Assembly (NCBI GenBank): GCA_002420425.1
Contig: DIIC01000043.1
Coordinates: forward strand, 26,989 to 90,988
Direction: 5' to 3'
DNA: 64,000 bases
Origin: Proteobacteria bacterium UBA5680
GTDB lineage: Bacteria; Pseudomonadota; Gammaproteobacteria; Arenicellales; UBA5680
In this document: positions 42,199 through 53,935 of the stretch, piece by piece
Numbering within the stretch: position 1 is the first letter of the stretch
Layout of the letters: every line of letters begins with the position of its first letter
Notes under the pieces: model-generated
The model's database searches: none
What the model was told of the DNA's origin: nothing
Seen by the model: the letters and a program-made list of their open reading frames with translations, nothing else
Position numbers and translations under genes: made by a program

Positions 42199-43827
42199 TT
42201 ACTCCGCTACCTTATAGAGGTTACGTGAGTACCAGTTCTGTTCCACATTGCCGAACGGCCAGCCCTTCAATGCAGTGTTCAGCATGAAGACACCCGTGTA
42301 GTGATAGACCGGGATCACCGGCATCTCCTCTGCGAGGATCTGCTCTACACGCGTATAGTTTCCGCTGGGATCGGACATGGTCTTGGCCCCCTGCATCAAC
42401 TTGTCAACCTCAGCATTATTGTATTTGCCGTCGTTGTAGCCGGACTGTGAGGTCAGCAGGTCAAGGAAGGTAGAGGCTTCGTTGTAGTCACCGCACCATG
42501 CCCCTCGAGCCAGTTCAAAGTCCTGCTTGCCACGGACATCGAGGAAGGTCTTCCACTCCATATTGGCCAACTCAATCTCAACACCCAGCTTCTGCTTCCA
42601 CATCTGGGTCATGGCGATAGCAATCTTCTTGTGACCCTCAGAAGTGTTGTAGAGCATTTTGAACTTGAGTGGGTTGTCGGAACCGTAACCCGCAGCCGCC
42701 ATCAACTCAGTCGCTTTGGCATCCCGCTGAGCCTGGGTCAGGCCGGCAAAGTCAACATCTGGAACATCAAAGTTGGCGGTTGCCGCCGGAGTAAAGGTAT
42801 AGGCCTGGAACTGACCACCCTGTAAGACATCGTCAGTGATAATGTTACGGTCAAGCGCGAATGAGAGCGCCTTTCTCACCCTTACATCCTTGAATGCCTT
42901 GGGCCCTGAATCGGAGAGGTTGAAGGTGTAGTAGTAGTTACACAGACGCGGAAAGGACTTTGCCTGGTCTGGATGCTCTTTGCTCAACCGAGGATACTGG
43001 CCGGCAGGAATTTCTGTCTTGTCGAGCTCTCCTGCTAAGTATCGGGTCAGTGCCGTATTTTCATCGTTGATGACAAGTGACACCACCTTTTCAAGAATAG
43101 TGGCTCCATTGTTCCAGTAACTTGGATTACGCTCACGCACGGACCGCTCCTGAGGAACATGCTCTGTCAGGATGTAGGCACCATTTGAGACAATATTCCC
43201 TGGTTTTGTCCACTCCTTGCCATGAGCCTTGATCGTCCAGCTCGGTGACGGGAAGGTGCTTGCATGGGTCGTCATTGCCGGGAAATAGGGCAGTGAAGCC
43301 GTCAGACGCACCTCCAAGGTATGATCATCCACTGCGCGGACGCCGAGTGTGTCGGGAGAGGCTTCCCCTTTCATTACCGGGCCCACCCCTTCGATCGACA
43401 TCAGATCGGCAAACCAGGAGTAGGGTGAAGCGGTTTCGGGATCAGCCAGTCTGCGCCAGGCAAAAACAAAATCATGAGCCGTAACCGGTTTTCCATCAGA
43501 CCACTTGGCATTATCCCGCAGGTGGAAGGTATAGACATTCTTGGCATCGTTGGTTTCAAAATGGGTCGCTACGCCGGGAACCAGTTCTCCCGCTGCATTT
43601 TGATTCATCAACCCTTCGAAGAGATCTCGAACCAGTTCAGAACCGTTCACATCTTCAACAATCTGAGGATCGACCGAACTGTGCTCATCGAGCAATCGGT
43701 AGGTGAATGTCTGATCAGCGGCCAGTGCTTCTCCGGTCACCGGATGCGTGCCCGCCGCAGAGACGGGACTTGTTGTGATTGCAGCCAAGACGATTCCTGT
43801 AGCTGCATATTTGGACAATAAATTCAT
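42199..43827 (-). CDS. oppA: periplasmic oligopeptide-binding protein (SBP family 5)
   Basis: Signal peptide MNLLSKYAATGIVLAAITTSPVSAAG and an SBP_bac_5 pattern. It is the first gene of the opp operon. Confidence 0.85.
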   Translation of the reverse strand: MNLLSKYAATGIVLAAITTSPVSAAGTHPVTGEALAADQTFTYRLLDEHSSVDPQIVEDVNGSELVRDLFEGLMNQNAAGELVPGVATHFETNDAKNVYTFHLRDNAKWSDGKPVTAHDFVFAWRRLADPETASPYSWFADLMSIEGVGPVMKGEASPDTLGVRAVDDHTLEVRLTASLPYFPAMTTHASTFPSPSWTIKAHGKEWTKPGNIVSNGAYILTEHVPQERSVRERNPSYWNNGATILEKVVSLVINDENTALTRYLAGELDKTEIPAGQYPRLSKEHPDQAKSFPRLCNYYYTFNLSDSGPKAFKDVRVRKALSFALDRNIITDDVLQGGQFQAYTFTPAATANFDVPDVDFAGLTQAQRDAKATELMAAAGYGSDNPLKFKMLYNTSEGHKKIAIAMTQMWKQKLGVEIELANMEWKTFLDVRGKQDFELARGAWCGDYNEASTFLDLLTSQSGYNDGKYNNAEVDKLMQGAKTMSDPSGNYTRVEQILAEEMPVIPVYHYTGVFMLNTALKGWPFGNVEQNWYSRNLYKVAE

Positions 43828-43958
43828 CTTCCATTTCCTCCTATAATTAAGTGTTATCTTGTTAACTCAGACTGGCTCTCTTTTTCTGGAACCTTATTTG
43901 AGCCTCCAAGACGAAAAATTAACACAACCTCTCCTTTTCCACACGAAAAATTTTACTA

Positions 43959-44297
43959 TCAGCACAACTTTGAACCCAAAGGTACTGGCCGCTCTGGCTT
44001 CGCCAGAACCACCGCACCCCCACTATCGATAAATCCAGTCACCAGAAACTCCGACATGAAAGGACCGATCTGCCGGGGAGGGAAGTTGACCACCCCTACA
44101 ATTTGGCGTCCAATCAACTCTTCTGGGGTGTAGTGGTCTGTGATCTGGGCGCTTGATTTCTTAACCCCGATCTCCTCCCCGAAGTCGGCCCATATCTTAT
44201 AAGCCGGCTTCTTGGCCTCGGGAAAAGGCTTGACGTCTGCAACCACCCCCACTCGAAGTTCAACCTGTTCAAAATCACCCCAGCTGATCTGCTTCAC
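43959..44297 (-). CDS. tRNA-binding protein (CsaA/YgjH family)
   Basis: A 112-aa OB-fold tRNA_bind pattern ([29 protein letters not shown] ... [15 protein letters not shown]). Confidence 0.8.
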   Translation of the reverse strand: MKQISWGDFEQVELRVGVVADVKPFPEAKKPAYKIWADFGEEIGVKKSSAQITDHYTPEELIGRQIVGVVNFPPRQIGPFMSEFLVTGFIDSGGAVVLAKPERPVPLGSKLC

Positions 44298-44362
44298 AAT
44301 AGACTCCTTATTATAAAGTCTCTCAATATGCTCGAAATGAGATATTCTCTTCTGGGATACCT

Positions 44363-45706
<1,344 letters not shown>

Positions 45707-45715
45707 TTACTTTAA

Positions 45716-46915
45716 TCACTCTTGAAGTGGAATGACCTGCCACTTGCCATCCATCTCGATCAGTTGATGGTTGCCGATGGTTTTCATTGACTGCGGGGAA
45801 GATTCCGGCATTACATAGACAACTCGTTTACCTTCGGCTTTTAGTTTCAAAATTGCAGTGTGAAGTGCCTGGCTTGTTCCATAGGGGGCACAAATGACAT
45901 CTAAATCCGCTCTTTGTCCCCCCCCTCCTGCACGAAGCAGGCGTCTTAAATCTGTACTAAATCCGGTCGCGGGACGAGGGTGGCCAAACACCTCGCCGAT
46001 ATCATCATAACGACCACCACGTGCGATGGCCTCGCCCTCTCCTTCAAGATAGGCGGCAAAGGCCACACCCGTTTCATAGCGATAACCCCTGAGTTCTGTG
46101 AGGTCAAAACCAACGGCTATATCAGGCAGCAGAACCGACACCAGATCGGCCACTCTCTTAAGGGTTGTAAGCACCTCATCGACCGCCCTGATGGGTGGTT
46201 CAAGCGTGCTCAGAGGGGCGGTAATCTCAGTCAGTTGCTCAATCGGTCCATGCATCGAAACAAGGCCAATAAAACACTCACTCCAGTGGTCGGATAACAA
46301 CCCTTCTCTGTTCAGGAGCTGAATATCCGGTTCTGATTTTCTCCGCAGTGCATCAAAGAGTGCGGCTTGTGTGGTTGCTTCAAGGTCTGCTTTAGCCATC
46401 AATTGGCGGACAACGCCAACATGGGCCAGATCAAGATGAATACTCCCTGCTCCGGACATTTTCAAGATGTCGACCATCAGCTGGATGACTTCACCATCTC
46501 CCTCAGGTGAAGGACAGCCAAAAAGCTCTGCGCCCAACTGAAGGGGCTCTCGGGTTCCCGCCGGGGCCTGAGGGCGGGTGGTCAGTGTTGGGCCCACATA
46601 ACAGAGACGACTCACCTTGTCATTCTTGATGGTGTGAGCGTCAATGCGTGCCACTTGTGGAGTCATATCAGCCCTTACCCCCATGGTTCGCCCACTCAGC
46701 TGATCTATAACCTTGAAGGTCTGGATCTCCAAGTCCTCGCCCGTTCCGGTAAGCAGGGAATCAAGATACTCGATAAGGGGGGGTACCACGAGTTCATAAC
46801 CGGAAGAGCTTAAGAGCCCTAATGCCTCGCTCCGAAGCATTTCCATTCGCCACGCTTCATCAGGCAGAAGTTCTTCAACGCCTTCCGGCAATACCCACCG
46901 ATTTAAATTCATCAT
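45716..46915 (-). CDS. hisZ: ATP phosphoribosyltransferase regulatory subunit
   Basis: A HisRS-like catalytic-core paralog without an anticodon-binding domain. The hflC-DUF2065-hisZ-purA synteny matches Pseudomonas. Confidence 0.85.
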   Translation of the reverse strand: MMNLNRWVLPEGVEELLPDEAWRMEMLRSEALGLLSSSGYELVVPPLIEYLDSLLTGTGEDLEIQTFKVIDQLSGRTMGVRADMTPQVARIDAHTIKNDKVSRLCYVGPTLTTRPQAPAGTREPLQLGAELFGCPSPEGDGEVIQLMVDILKMSGAGSIHLDLAHVGVVRQLMAKADLEATTQAALFDALRRKSEPDIQLLNREGLLSDHWSECFIGLVSMHGPIEQLTEITAPLSTLEPPIRAVDEVLTTLKRVADLVSVLLPDIAVGFDLTELRGYRYETGVAFAAYLEGEGEAIARGGRYDDIGEVFGHPRPATGFSTDLRRLLRAGGGGQRADLDVICAPYGTSQALHTAILKLKAEGKRVVYVMPESSPQSMKTIGNHQLIEMDGKWQVIPLQE

Positions 46916-46969
46916 AAGATAGGCTCCTCATGGTGATGACGGGTCGTTCCTCAGCCCATTCATCTGAAT

Positions 46970-47161
46970 TCACCTGATGAAGTAGAGAAGCAAGACGCCA
47001 ACCACCATCAACACCAATCCAACTGATCGAAGTTGTGAATCTGAAAGCTGGTTCATAAGATCAAATGCCCGCCGCAAGCCTCCGGGATTCAGAAAAGGGA
47101 TGATTCCTTCCAGCACCAGCATGAGTGCCAGCGCTGTCAGCAGATTCTGCCAATCCATCAT
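46970..47161 (-). CDS. DUF2065-type small membrane protein
   Basis: A 63-aa protein with two TM helices. It occupies the conserved slot between hflC and hisZ. Confidence 0.7.
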   Translation of the reverse strand: MMDWQNLLTALALMLVLEGIIPFLNPGGLRRAFDLMNQLSDSQLRSVGLVLMVVGVLLLYFIR

Positions 47162-47175
47162 TCCCCCTTCAGCTG

Positions 47176-48054
47176 CTAACGATCAATAGCTCCATCTGAC
47201 TTTTTGAAGTAACGGAAGAATTCAGAATTGGGTTCAACCACCAACAGATCACTCTTTTCACGAAAGGTCTCTTGATAGGCATTGATGCTTCGATAAAACC
47301 GGTAGAACTCTGAATCTTTCGAGAATGCATCAGCAAAAATGGCGGTTGCCTCAGCATCGCCCTCACCTCTTAGAATCTCTGCATCTTTGACTGCATTTGC
47401 TACTGTTATCTCCCGTTGTCGATCGGCATCTGCTCGAATCCGTTCTGCCGCCTCTGCACCTCGAGCACGCAACTCCTTGGCAACCCGGGCGCGCTCGGCT
47501 TCCATACGACTATAGACGCGTTCACTTACCGCAGGATCAAGATCAACACGTTTTAGTCGAACATCGACTACCTCGATGCCAATCTCCTTGGCCTCATCAT
47601 CAATCGCTTTTCTGACAACACTCATTATTTCAGCACGATCACCAGAGATCACCTCCTGGACATTACGTCGGCCAAATTCACGCCTTAAGCTGTCATTCAC
47701 TCGTTGAGCGAGGCGGGCTTGAGTATTGGTGGGCAAACCGCCCACTGTCACATAATACTTGGGGACATTTCTTACCCGCCATTTGACGAATGAGTCAACC
47801 ACCAGGTTTTTCTTCTCAGTGGTCATGTAGAGTTCTGGTTCGGCATCCATGGTCTGGATCCGGGCATCAAAGTACCTCACATTATTGATGAAGGGCACTT
47901 TGAGATGGATTCCAGGCATATCGTCTGACCTTACAATCTCACCAAAGCGGAAGACCAGAGCCTTTTCGCGCTCATCCACCGTATAGATAGATCCATATAA
48001 CAGAGTGGCGGTGATGACCAGAACCAACAATCCCAATACACTTTTGGTACTCAT
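47176..48054 (-). CDS. hflC: protease modulator HflC
   Basis: N-terminal TM helix plus an SPFH/band 7 domain, adjacent to hflK. Confidence 0.9.
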   Translation of the reverse strand: MSTKSVLGLLVLVITATLLYGSIYTVDEREKALVFRFGEIVRSDDMPGIHLKVPFINNVRYFDARIQTMDAEPELYMTTEKKNLVVDSFVKWRVRNVPKYYVTVGGLPTNTQARLAQRVNDSLRREFGRRNVQEVISGDRAEIMSVVRKAIDDEAKEIGIEVVDVRLKRVDLDPAVSERVYSRMEAERARVAKELRARGAEAAERIRADADRQREITVANAVKDAEILRGEGDAEATAIFADAFSKDSEFYRFYRSINAYQETFREKSDLLVVEPNSEFFRYFKKSDGAIDR

Positions 48055-49301
48055 CAGTTATCCCCCCGCTCACGCAGTGCTGAGCGACTACCTCTGCTTC
48101 GACTGCTGTCTGTTGTTGAATCACTACTTCCTGAAGAGGATGTGGAGAGAGATTGGGTGAATCCTGATTCAGCACCCTGGCCAGCACGCTGTCTCATCAG
48201 CTGATCAAGGGGCAGATAGATCACATTATTACCCCCCTTCTGATCAATCATCAGCTTGCTGGAGTTCGCCAGCACCTCCTCCATTGCCTCAAGATAGAGG
48301 CGATCCCGTGTGACTTCAGGCGCCTTTTGATATTCTGCAAGCACCTGTTCAAATCGTGAGGCCTCACCTTTGGCCCGGGCTACAACACTCGCCTTGTAAG
48401 CTTCTGCTTCCTGGGCAATCCTGGCCCCCTTACCACGGGCGCGAGGGATAATGTCATTGGCATAAGCCTCTGCCTCATTCTTGATCCGCTCCTCGTCTTC
48501 CCGCGCCCTTACTGCGTCATCAAAAGCATCTTTTACCTGTGAGGGAGGCTGTGCATTCTGCATCTCTACTGCCCTGATATTGAGGCCGGTCTGATAACGA
48601 TCGAGTATCTGCTGTAGTAACACCTTTGTCTCCTGGGCAATCTCGGCACGACCCGCGGTAATGGCAAAATCCATGGTGTTACGCCCGACGATCTGGCGTA
48701 CGGCACTCTCTGTTGCTGACCGAACCACAGTTGCGACGGGTTCGGATACATTAAAGAGAAGTCGTGTGGGATCTTTGACATCAAACTGAACGGCGAAATG
48801 GATATCAATGATGTTTTCATCCTTGGTCAGCATCAACGCTTCACGTAATACAGAGGTTGCCTGTCGTGTACGATTGTTGGCACGATAACCCACTTCCACC
48901 GTATTTACTTTCTGGACATTGATGACTTCTACAGTCTCTACCGGGTAGGGAATCCGCCAATGGAGTCCTGCCTGGGTAGTCTCTTTGAACTTTCCGAGTT
49001 GGAGGACGACACCATTTTCACCTTGTTCTACGGTATAAAAGCCGCTGGCTACCCATCCCCCAAGGATTATGACCACTGCAACCATTAGAACTGATTTACC
49101 TGGAAGAGAGGGCAGACCCTTACCCCCGGATTGGCCACTCCCATTACCACCCCCTCCGTTTCGACGCCCGAAGAGTCCTCCGAACTTCTTCTGGAGGTTT
49201 CGTATAACTTCATCGAGATCAGGAGGCCCCTGTTCCCCTCGTTTGTTTCCCCACGGGTCTTGGCCGTTATCACCACCAGACCCAGGTTGATTCCATGGCA
49301 T
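48054..49301 (-). CDS. hflK: protease modulator HflK
   Basis: Gly-rich N-terminus, a TM helix and an SPFH domain. It overlaps hflC by 1 nt. Confidence 0.9.
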   Translation of the reverse strand: MPWNQPGSGGDNGQDPWGNKRGEQGPPDLDEVIRNLQKKFGGLFGRRNGGGGNGSGQSGGKGLPSLPGKSVLMVAVVIILGGWVASGFYTVEQGENGVVLQLGKFKETTQAGLHWRIPYPVETVEVINVQKVNTVEVGYRANNRTRQATSVLREALMLTKDENIIDIHFAVQFDVKDPTRLLFNVSEPVATVVRSATESAVRQIVGRNTMDFAITAGRAEIAQETKVLLQQILDRYQTGLNIRAVEMQNAQPPSQVKDAFDDAVRAREDEERIKNEAEAYANDIIPRARGKGARIAQEAEAYKASVVARAKGEASRFEQVLAEYQKAPEVTRDRLYLEAMEEVLANSSKLMIDQKGGNNVIYLPLDQLMRQRAGQGAESGFTQSLSTSSSGSSDSTTDSSRSRGSRSALRERGDN

Positions 49302-49384
49302 TGATTAGATTCCTCTAGAGCTTATAAGATCACGACCTACATTTGTCGCCAAACACGCTAAGTTTAACATGATCGTAGAAATAA

Positions 49385-50731
49385 TTACCCCTGAGTTGTT
49401 GCGGCAACACTCTCGAGGGTGGAGTCGCTGTTGAGCTCTTCCTGCTGCTCCAGCCATCCAATATCCCCGGAATCAAGCTTGAGCTCGAGCAGGGAGTCTC
49501 CCTCATCGGTAAATGCCTCAGTCACCACACTCCCCCGCCGATAGAGCGAAGCCCTCAGACGGGAGGCTGAAACAGGGAGGCGAAGTCGAAAATGTCGCCG
49601 GTCTGAGCCCAGGTGGTCTGCTATCCCCTGCAGGAGGAGGGGCATACCTTCTCCGCTTACTGCAGAAAGCCACACTTTCTGGATACGCCCCTCTCTTCCC
49701 TGTTCAATATCAGCGGCCCTCCCACCCAGATCGATTTTGTTATAGGCGATGATGGTGGGGATTTGATAGGCATCAATCTCATCGAGCACCTGGTTGACTG
49801 CAGCCATCATCTCGCCACGATCAGGATCAGTCGCATCCACCACATGAATCAGAAGGTCAGCATGGCTCACCTCCTCAAGGGTCGCATGAAAGGCGGAGAC
49901 CAGACCGTGAGGAAGATCCTGAATGAACCCTACAGTATCTGAAATGATCGCCTCACCAAACCCTTCTACATCAATACGCCGCATTGTCGGATCGAGTGTG
50001 GCAAAGACCTGATCAGCAACAAAGGCATTGGCTTCCGTTAATTGATTAAAGAGTGTTGATTTTCCTGCATTGGTATAGCCCACCAATGAAATTGTCGGTA
50101 CTGGGACCTTTCTACGGGATCGTCGTCTCAGCTCTCGTTGGCGTCGAATACGTTCAAGTCGACGAACCAGAGTACTGATACGCTTACCGATCAGCCTGCG
50201 GTCCGTCTCCAGCTGTGTCTCACCTGGCCCTCTAAGGCCAATTCCCCCTTTCTGCCGCTCCAGGTGGGTCCATCCACGGACCAATCGGGTAGAGAGATAA
50301 CGCAGTTGGGCCAGTTCAACCTGCAGTTTCCCTTCATGGGTAACGGCTCGTTGAGCAAAGATATCCAGAATCAGGCGGGTTCTATCGAGGACCCTGCACT
50401 CCAGGATTCGTTCCAGATTTCTCTCCTGAAGAGGTGTTATCGCATGGTTGATGACCACCAGACTGGCCTCTGAGAGCGCCACCTCATCCTTTATCTGCTC
50501 GACCTTCCCTGAGCCGATGAACGTCGCAGGATTGGGTGACTCCCGCCGGCCGATTATTTCAGCAGCAACTTCAACCCCCGCTGACTCCGCCAACTGACGT
50601 AGTTCTAACAGGGGATTATTGCTGTCTGAGCGGCCCTGGTGAACCAGGACCGCCCGATCAAGAAAATCATCCCTCTGTTCACCAAATTCACGGGCGGCAC
50701 CTCCCAATGCCAGATCAGCACGGTTTTGCAT
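49385..50731 (-). CDS. hflX: GTPase HflX
   Basis: G1 motif GYTNAGKST, G3 motif DTVGF and an HflX N-terminal domain. Confidence 0.9.
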   Translation of the reverse strand: MQNRADLALGGAAREFGEQRDDFLDRAVLVHQGRSDSNNPLLELRQLAESAGVEVAAEIIGRRESPNPATFIGSGKVEQIKDEVALSEASLVVINHAITPLQERNLERILECRVLDRTRLILDIFAQRAVTHEGKLQVELAQLRYLSTRLVRGWTHLERQKGGIGLRGPGETQLETDRRLIGKRISTLVRRLERIRRQRELRRRSRRKVPVPTISLVGYTNAGKSTLFNQLTEANAFVADQVFATLDPTMRRIDVEGFGEAIISDTVGFIQDLPHGLVSAFHATLEEVSHADLLIHVVDATDPDRGEMMAAVNQVLDEIDAYQIPTIIAYNKIDLGGRAADIEQGREGRIQKVWLSAVSGEGMPLLLQGIADHLGSDRRHFRLRLPVSASRLRASLYRRGSVVTEAFTDEGDSLLELKLDSGDIGWLEQQEELNSDSTLESVAATTQG

Positions 50732-50789
50732 CAGGAAGAACTCGGCTTCGGATTTCCCCTCCCGACAGGGTGTTCAAAGCGTGTGGAGA

Positions 50790-51053
50790 TCAACTATTTC
50801 CTTCATCCGGTTCATCTTCGCAATCATCATCCATGGGCAGTTTCACTGCTTTTGCCGGAACAATGGTTGAAATTGCATGTTTATAGATCATCTGGCTGAC
50901 CGAGTTTCTCAGCAAAACGACAAATTGATCGAACGAGTCTACATGCCCCTGAAGCTTGATGCCGTTGATGAGGAAAATAGAAACGGGAATACGCTCTTTA
51001 CGCAATACATTAAGAAAAGGATCCTGAAGAGCTGCGGCTTTCTGTTGAGCCAT
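50790..51053 (-). CDS. hfq: RNA chaperone Hfq
   Basis: Sm motifs [40 protein letters not shown] and [10 protein letters not shown]. Confidence 0.97.
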   Translation of the reverse strand: MAQQKAAALQDPFLNVLRKERIPVSIFLINGIKLQGHVDSFDQFVVLLRNSVSQMIYKHAISTIVPAKAVKLPMDDDCEDEPDEGNS

Positions 51054-51129
51054 TAACTGTCTCCCTTGTGGTTGTAGTAATTATAATCCTATTGTTTTGG
51101 ATTTAGTTTTTTATTTTTGATTAATATAG

Positions 51130-52077
51130 TTATTTATTAATCGCTCTATCAATCTCGCAAGAGGCTTTCTGTAGAAGAATCTGATTATCACCATCTACAT
51201 ATTCTGCACCCTGGTACTTTCTCAGCCAGGTGATCTGGCGCTTTGCAAGTTGTCGTGTCGCAGCAATAGCCCTCAAGCGCATCTCATTATAACCAAAAAA
51301 TCCCTCGAGGTGCTCCCAGACTTGACGATATCCAACCATTTTCATTGCCGGCATCTCCATCGATAGATCTTTCCGCTCTTTCAACATCCTGACCTCATCA
51401 ATCAACCCCTCCCGAAGCATCAGATCGAACCGATTCTCAATCCTGCGATGAAGGGTCTCCCGGTCTTCAGGAAAAATAGCCAGTTTCAGGATCCGAAAAG
51501 GAAGTGGTGATCTTTGTTGCCTGGCCCTGAGTTGAGAGGGGGGTTCACCGGTCAGTTGATAGAGTTCTATAAGCCGCTGTATACGTTGTCCATCATGAGG
51601 ATGAACTGCTTTTGCGGCCTCATGATCGATTGCAGCAATACGCTCATGCAATTGCGGCCACCCCACATCTTCAGCCTCTTTGGTTATTTCAGCTCTCAGC
51701 TCAGGATCTGCCGGAGGGAGTGGTGAGAGACCATATTCCAATGCATGAAAATAGAAGATCGTGCCCCCAACCAGAAGTGGGGTTTTTCCCTCTTTGATAA
51801 TAGCTGAGATTGCACCAAGAGCATCTTGCCGAAAATCAGCTGCCGAGTAAGATTCAGCGGGATCCCGGATATCGATAAGAGAGTGCGGCACTTGTTTGAG
51901 CAGGGCCCTGTCTGGTTTTGCTGTGCCAATATCCATCCCGGTGTAGATTTGTGAGGCATCAACATTAATCAGGCCCAGTTGGTATTGCCGATAGAGCGAG
52001 AGCGCCAGTTCAGTCTTCCCAGATGCCGTAGGACCCATGAGGAAGATTACCAATGGTGATTCATCCATTATTACCAT
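51130..52077 (-). CDS. miaA: tRNA dimethylallyltransferase
   Basis: P-loop GPTASGKT and the motif IVGGTIFYF-like LVGGTIFYFHAL. Confidence 0.93.
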   Translation of the reverse strand: MVIMDESPLVIFLMGPTASGKTELALSLYRQYQLGLINVDASQIYTGMDIGTAKPDRALLKQVPHSLIDIRDPAESYSAADFRQDALGAISAIIKEGKTPLLVGGTIFYFHALEYGLSPLPPADPELRAEITKEAEDVGWPQLHERIAAIDHEAAKAVHPHDGQRIQRLIELYQLTGEPPSQLRARQQRSPLPFRILKLAIFPEDRETLHRRIENRFDLMLREGLIDEVRMLKERKDLSMEMPAMKMVGYRQVWEHLEGFFGYNEMRLRAIAATRQLAKRQITWLRKYQGAEYVDGDNQILLQKASCEIDRAINK

Positions 52078-52088
52078 CCGGCCAGAGC

Positions 52089-53891
52089 TTAACGCCCTCG
52101 ACTAAACCAACCATCCAACTCTTCCATTGACACCTGAATCCAGGTGGGTCTGCCATGGTTACACTGATCACTTTTGTCAGTTTCCTCCATCACCCGCAAC
52201 AATGCATTCATCTCTGGAATGGTTAAGTCACGATTTGCCCTGACTGAACCATGACAAGCCATAGTTGAGAGTAGCGAATTGATGCGCTTGTCGACCTCTT
52301 GAGTCATCTCATGGGTTGCCAGGTCAGAGAGAAGGTCATGGAGCACCAAAGGAATATCGGTATCGCCCAGCAGAGCAGGAACATGACGTACCACCAGCGT
52401 CTGCTGATCAAGTTGGGAGAGATCAAATCCCAGGCTGGTGATGACCTCTATCTGTTCTTCTGCCAATGCGACTTCAGCAGGTGAAGCCCTGAACGTTATT
52501 GGAACCAGTAGAGGCTGAACTTGCATCGTTGATTCAGCAGTGGCTCTTTTTAATCTCTCATAGGTGATCCGTTCATGAGCGGCATGCATATCGACAAGAA
52601 TCAGGCCTTCACTATTTTGAGCGAGAATATAAACACCATGAAGTTGTGTCAATGCATACCCCAAAACAGGTATGCCTTCGCCATCAGTTTGGGCTGAATC
52701 TGATTCTGCATCACTACCACCCAGAAGATCACTATAGAGGGCCCGCTCCTCTCTTACCTCAAGCTTCAGATGCCCCTGGGCACCAGGGGTATGGTGCATT
52801 GATGTTGGCCTGAAGGCCCCCTTCCCTCCTCCTGCAGGGTTGAATCGAGGGGTTGATTCACCCTCCCGCTCGCCCTCTCTTCTCTTTGAGAGTGGCTGGG
52901 AGATAACCGACTCGATCTCATTGAAAACAATGTCATAGACGGCTCGCCCCTCTCTGAAACGAATCTCGCTCTTTGTTGGGTGCACATTGACATCAACTCT
53001 TTTTGGATCAATATCAATAAAAAGAGCATAGGCCGGATGTCTGCCGTGATAGAGAACATCCTGATAGGCCCGTCGCACGGCATGAGAGATCATGCGATCC
53101 GATACATTTCGGTCATTAACATAGAGATATTGGAGGTTACGCTGACTGCGGGAGAAGGTAGGATGTCCTACCCAGCCATAGAGGTGGATGGCTCCGGAAT
53201 TAAACTCTATTGGCAAACTTTGTTCAAAAAATTCCCGGCCACACACCTCGCGAATGCGCCTTTGTGGACTCTCTGCTGCTCCCTTATACCGGGTGATTTT
53301 CTTCCCCCGAGCGATCTCAATATCGACATCAAAACGACTCAGCGCAAGCCTCCTGACGACCTCTTCAAGATGTCGAACCTCGGTTGATTCACTCCTCAGA
53401 AACTTTCGTCTTGCAGGGGTGTTGAAAAAAAGATCCCTGACTTCGATGGTGGTCCCCGATATCCGGGCAACCGGTCGCATGGGCGCCAGCGCTTCCCCTC
53501 CCTCCAGATTGAGCTCCCAACCTGTTTTTTCTTCATCAATGCGAGTGCTTAGCTTAAGCCGTGAAACAGAAGCGATGCTTGGAAGTGCCTCACCTCGAAA
53601 CCCCATGGTCGCCACACCCTCAAGCTCTTCCATACTTTTGATTTTGCTTGTGGCATGCCTTGAAAGAGCCAGGCTGATCTCTTCTTTTGGAATTCCGCGA
53701 CCATTATCTGTCACTGTGAGTGAGCCTACATCCCCCTCTTCAACCGTTATCGCCACTTTGTCGGCGCCGGCATCAAATGCATTTTCCATTAGCTCTTTCA
53801 ACACCGAAGCAGGACGTTCAACAATCTCTCCTGCAGCAATCTGGTTGACCAGTTGCGGCTCCAATTGAATTATCGGTCTATTGATTGTCAT
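52089..53891 (-). CDS. mutL: DNA mismatch repair endonuclease MutL
   Basis: GHKL ATPase N-terminus AAGEIVERPASVLKELMENAFDAGA and the C-terminal CNHGRPT motif. Confidence 0.95.
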   Translation of the reverse strand: MTINRPIIQLEPQLVNQIAAGEIVERPASVLKELMENAFDAGADKVAITVEEGDVGSLTVTDNGRGIPKEEISLALSRHATSKIKSMEELEGVATMGFRGEALPSIASVSRLKLSTRIDEEKTGWELNLEGGEALAPMRPVARISGTTIEVRDLFFNTPARRKFLRSESTEVRHLEEVVRRLALSRFDVDIEIARGKKITRYKGAAESPQRRIREVCGREFFEQSLPIEFNSGAIHLYGWVGHPTFSRSQRNLQYLYVNDRNVSDRMISHAVRRAYQDVLYHGRHPAYALFIDIDPKRVDVNVHPTKSEIRFREGRAVYDIVFNEIESVISQPLSKRREGEREGESTPRFNPAGGGKGAFRPTSMHHTPGAQGHLKLEVREERALYSDLLGGSDAESDSAQTDGEGIPVLGYALTQLHGVYILAQNSEGLILVDMHAAHERITYERLKRATAESTMQVQPLLVPITFRASPAEVALAEEQIEVITSLGFDLSQLDQQTLVVRHVPALLGDTDIPLVLHDLLSDLATHEMTQEVDKRINSLLSTMACHGSVRANRDLTIPEMNALLRVMEETDKSDQCNHGRPTWIQVSMEELDGWFSRGR

Positions 53892-53935
53892 TACTGATCT
53901 CTTTAGTACCTGTGCCCATTCAATTCCAGGGGAAG

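Noticed and set aside
53188-53868. 226-aa ORF on the plus strand inside mutL (also 52980..53387)
   Set aside because: It is antisense to the MutL ATPase domain. The Ser/Arg/Leu-rich composition is typical of reverse-frame translation.
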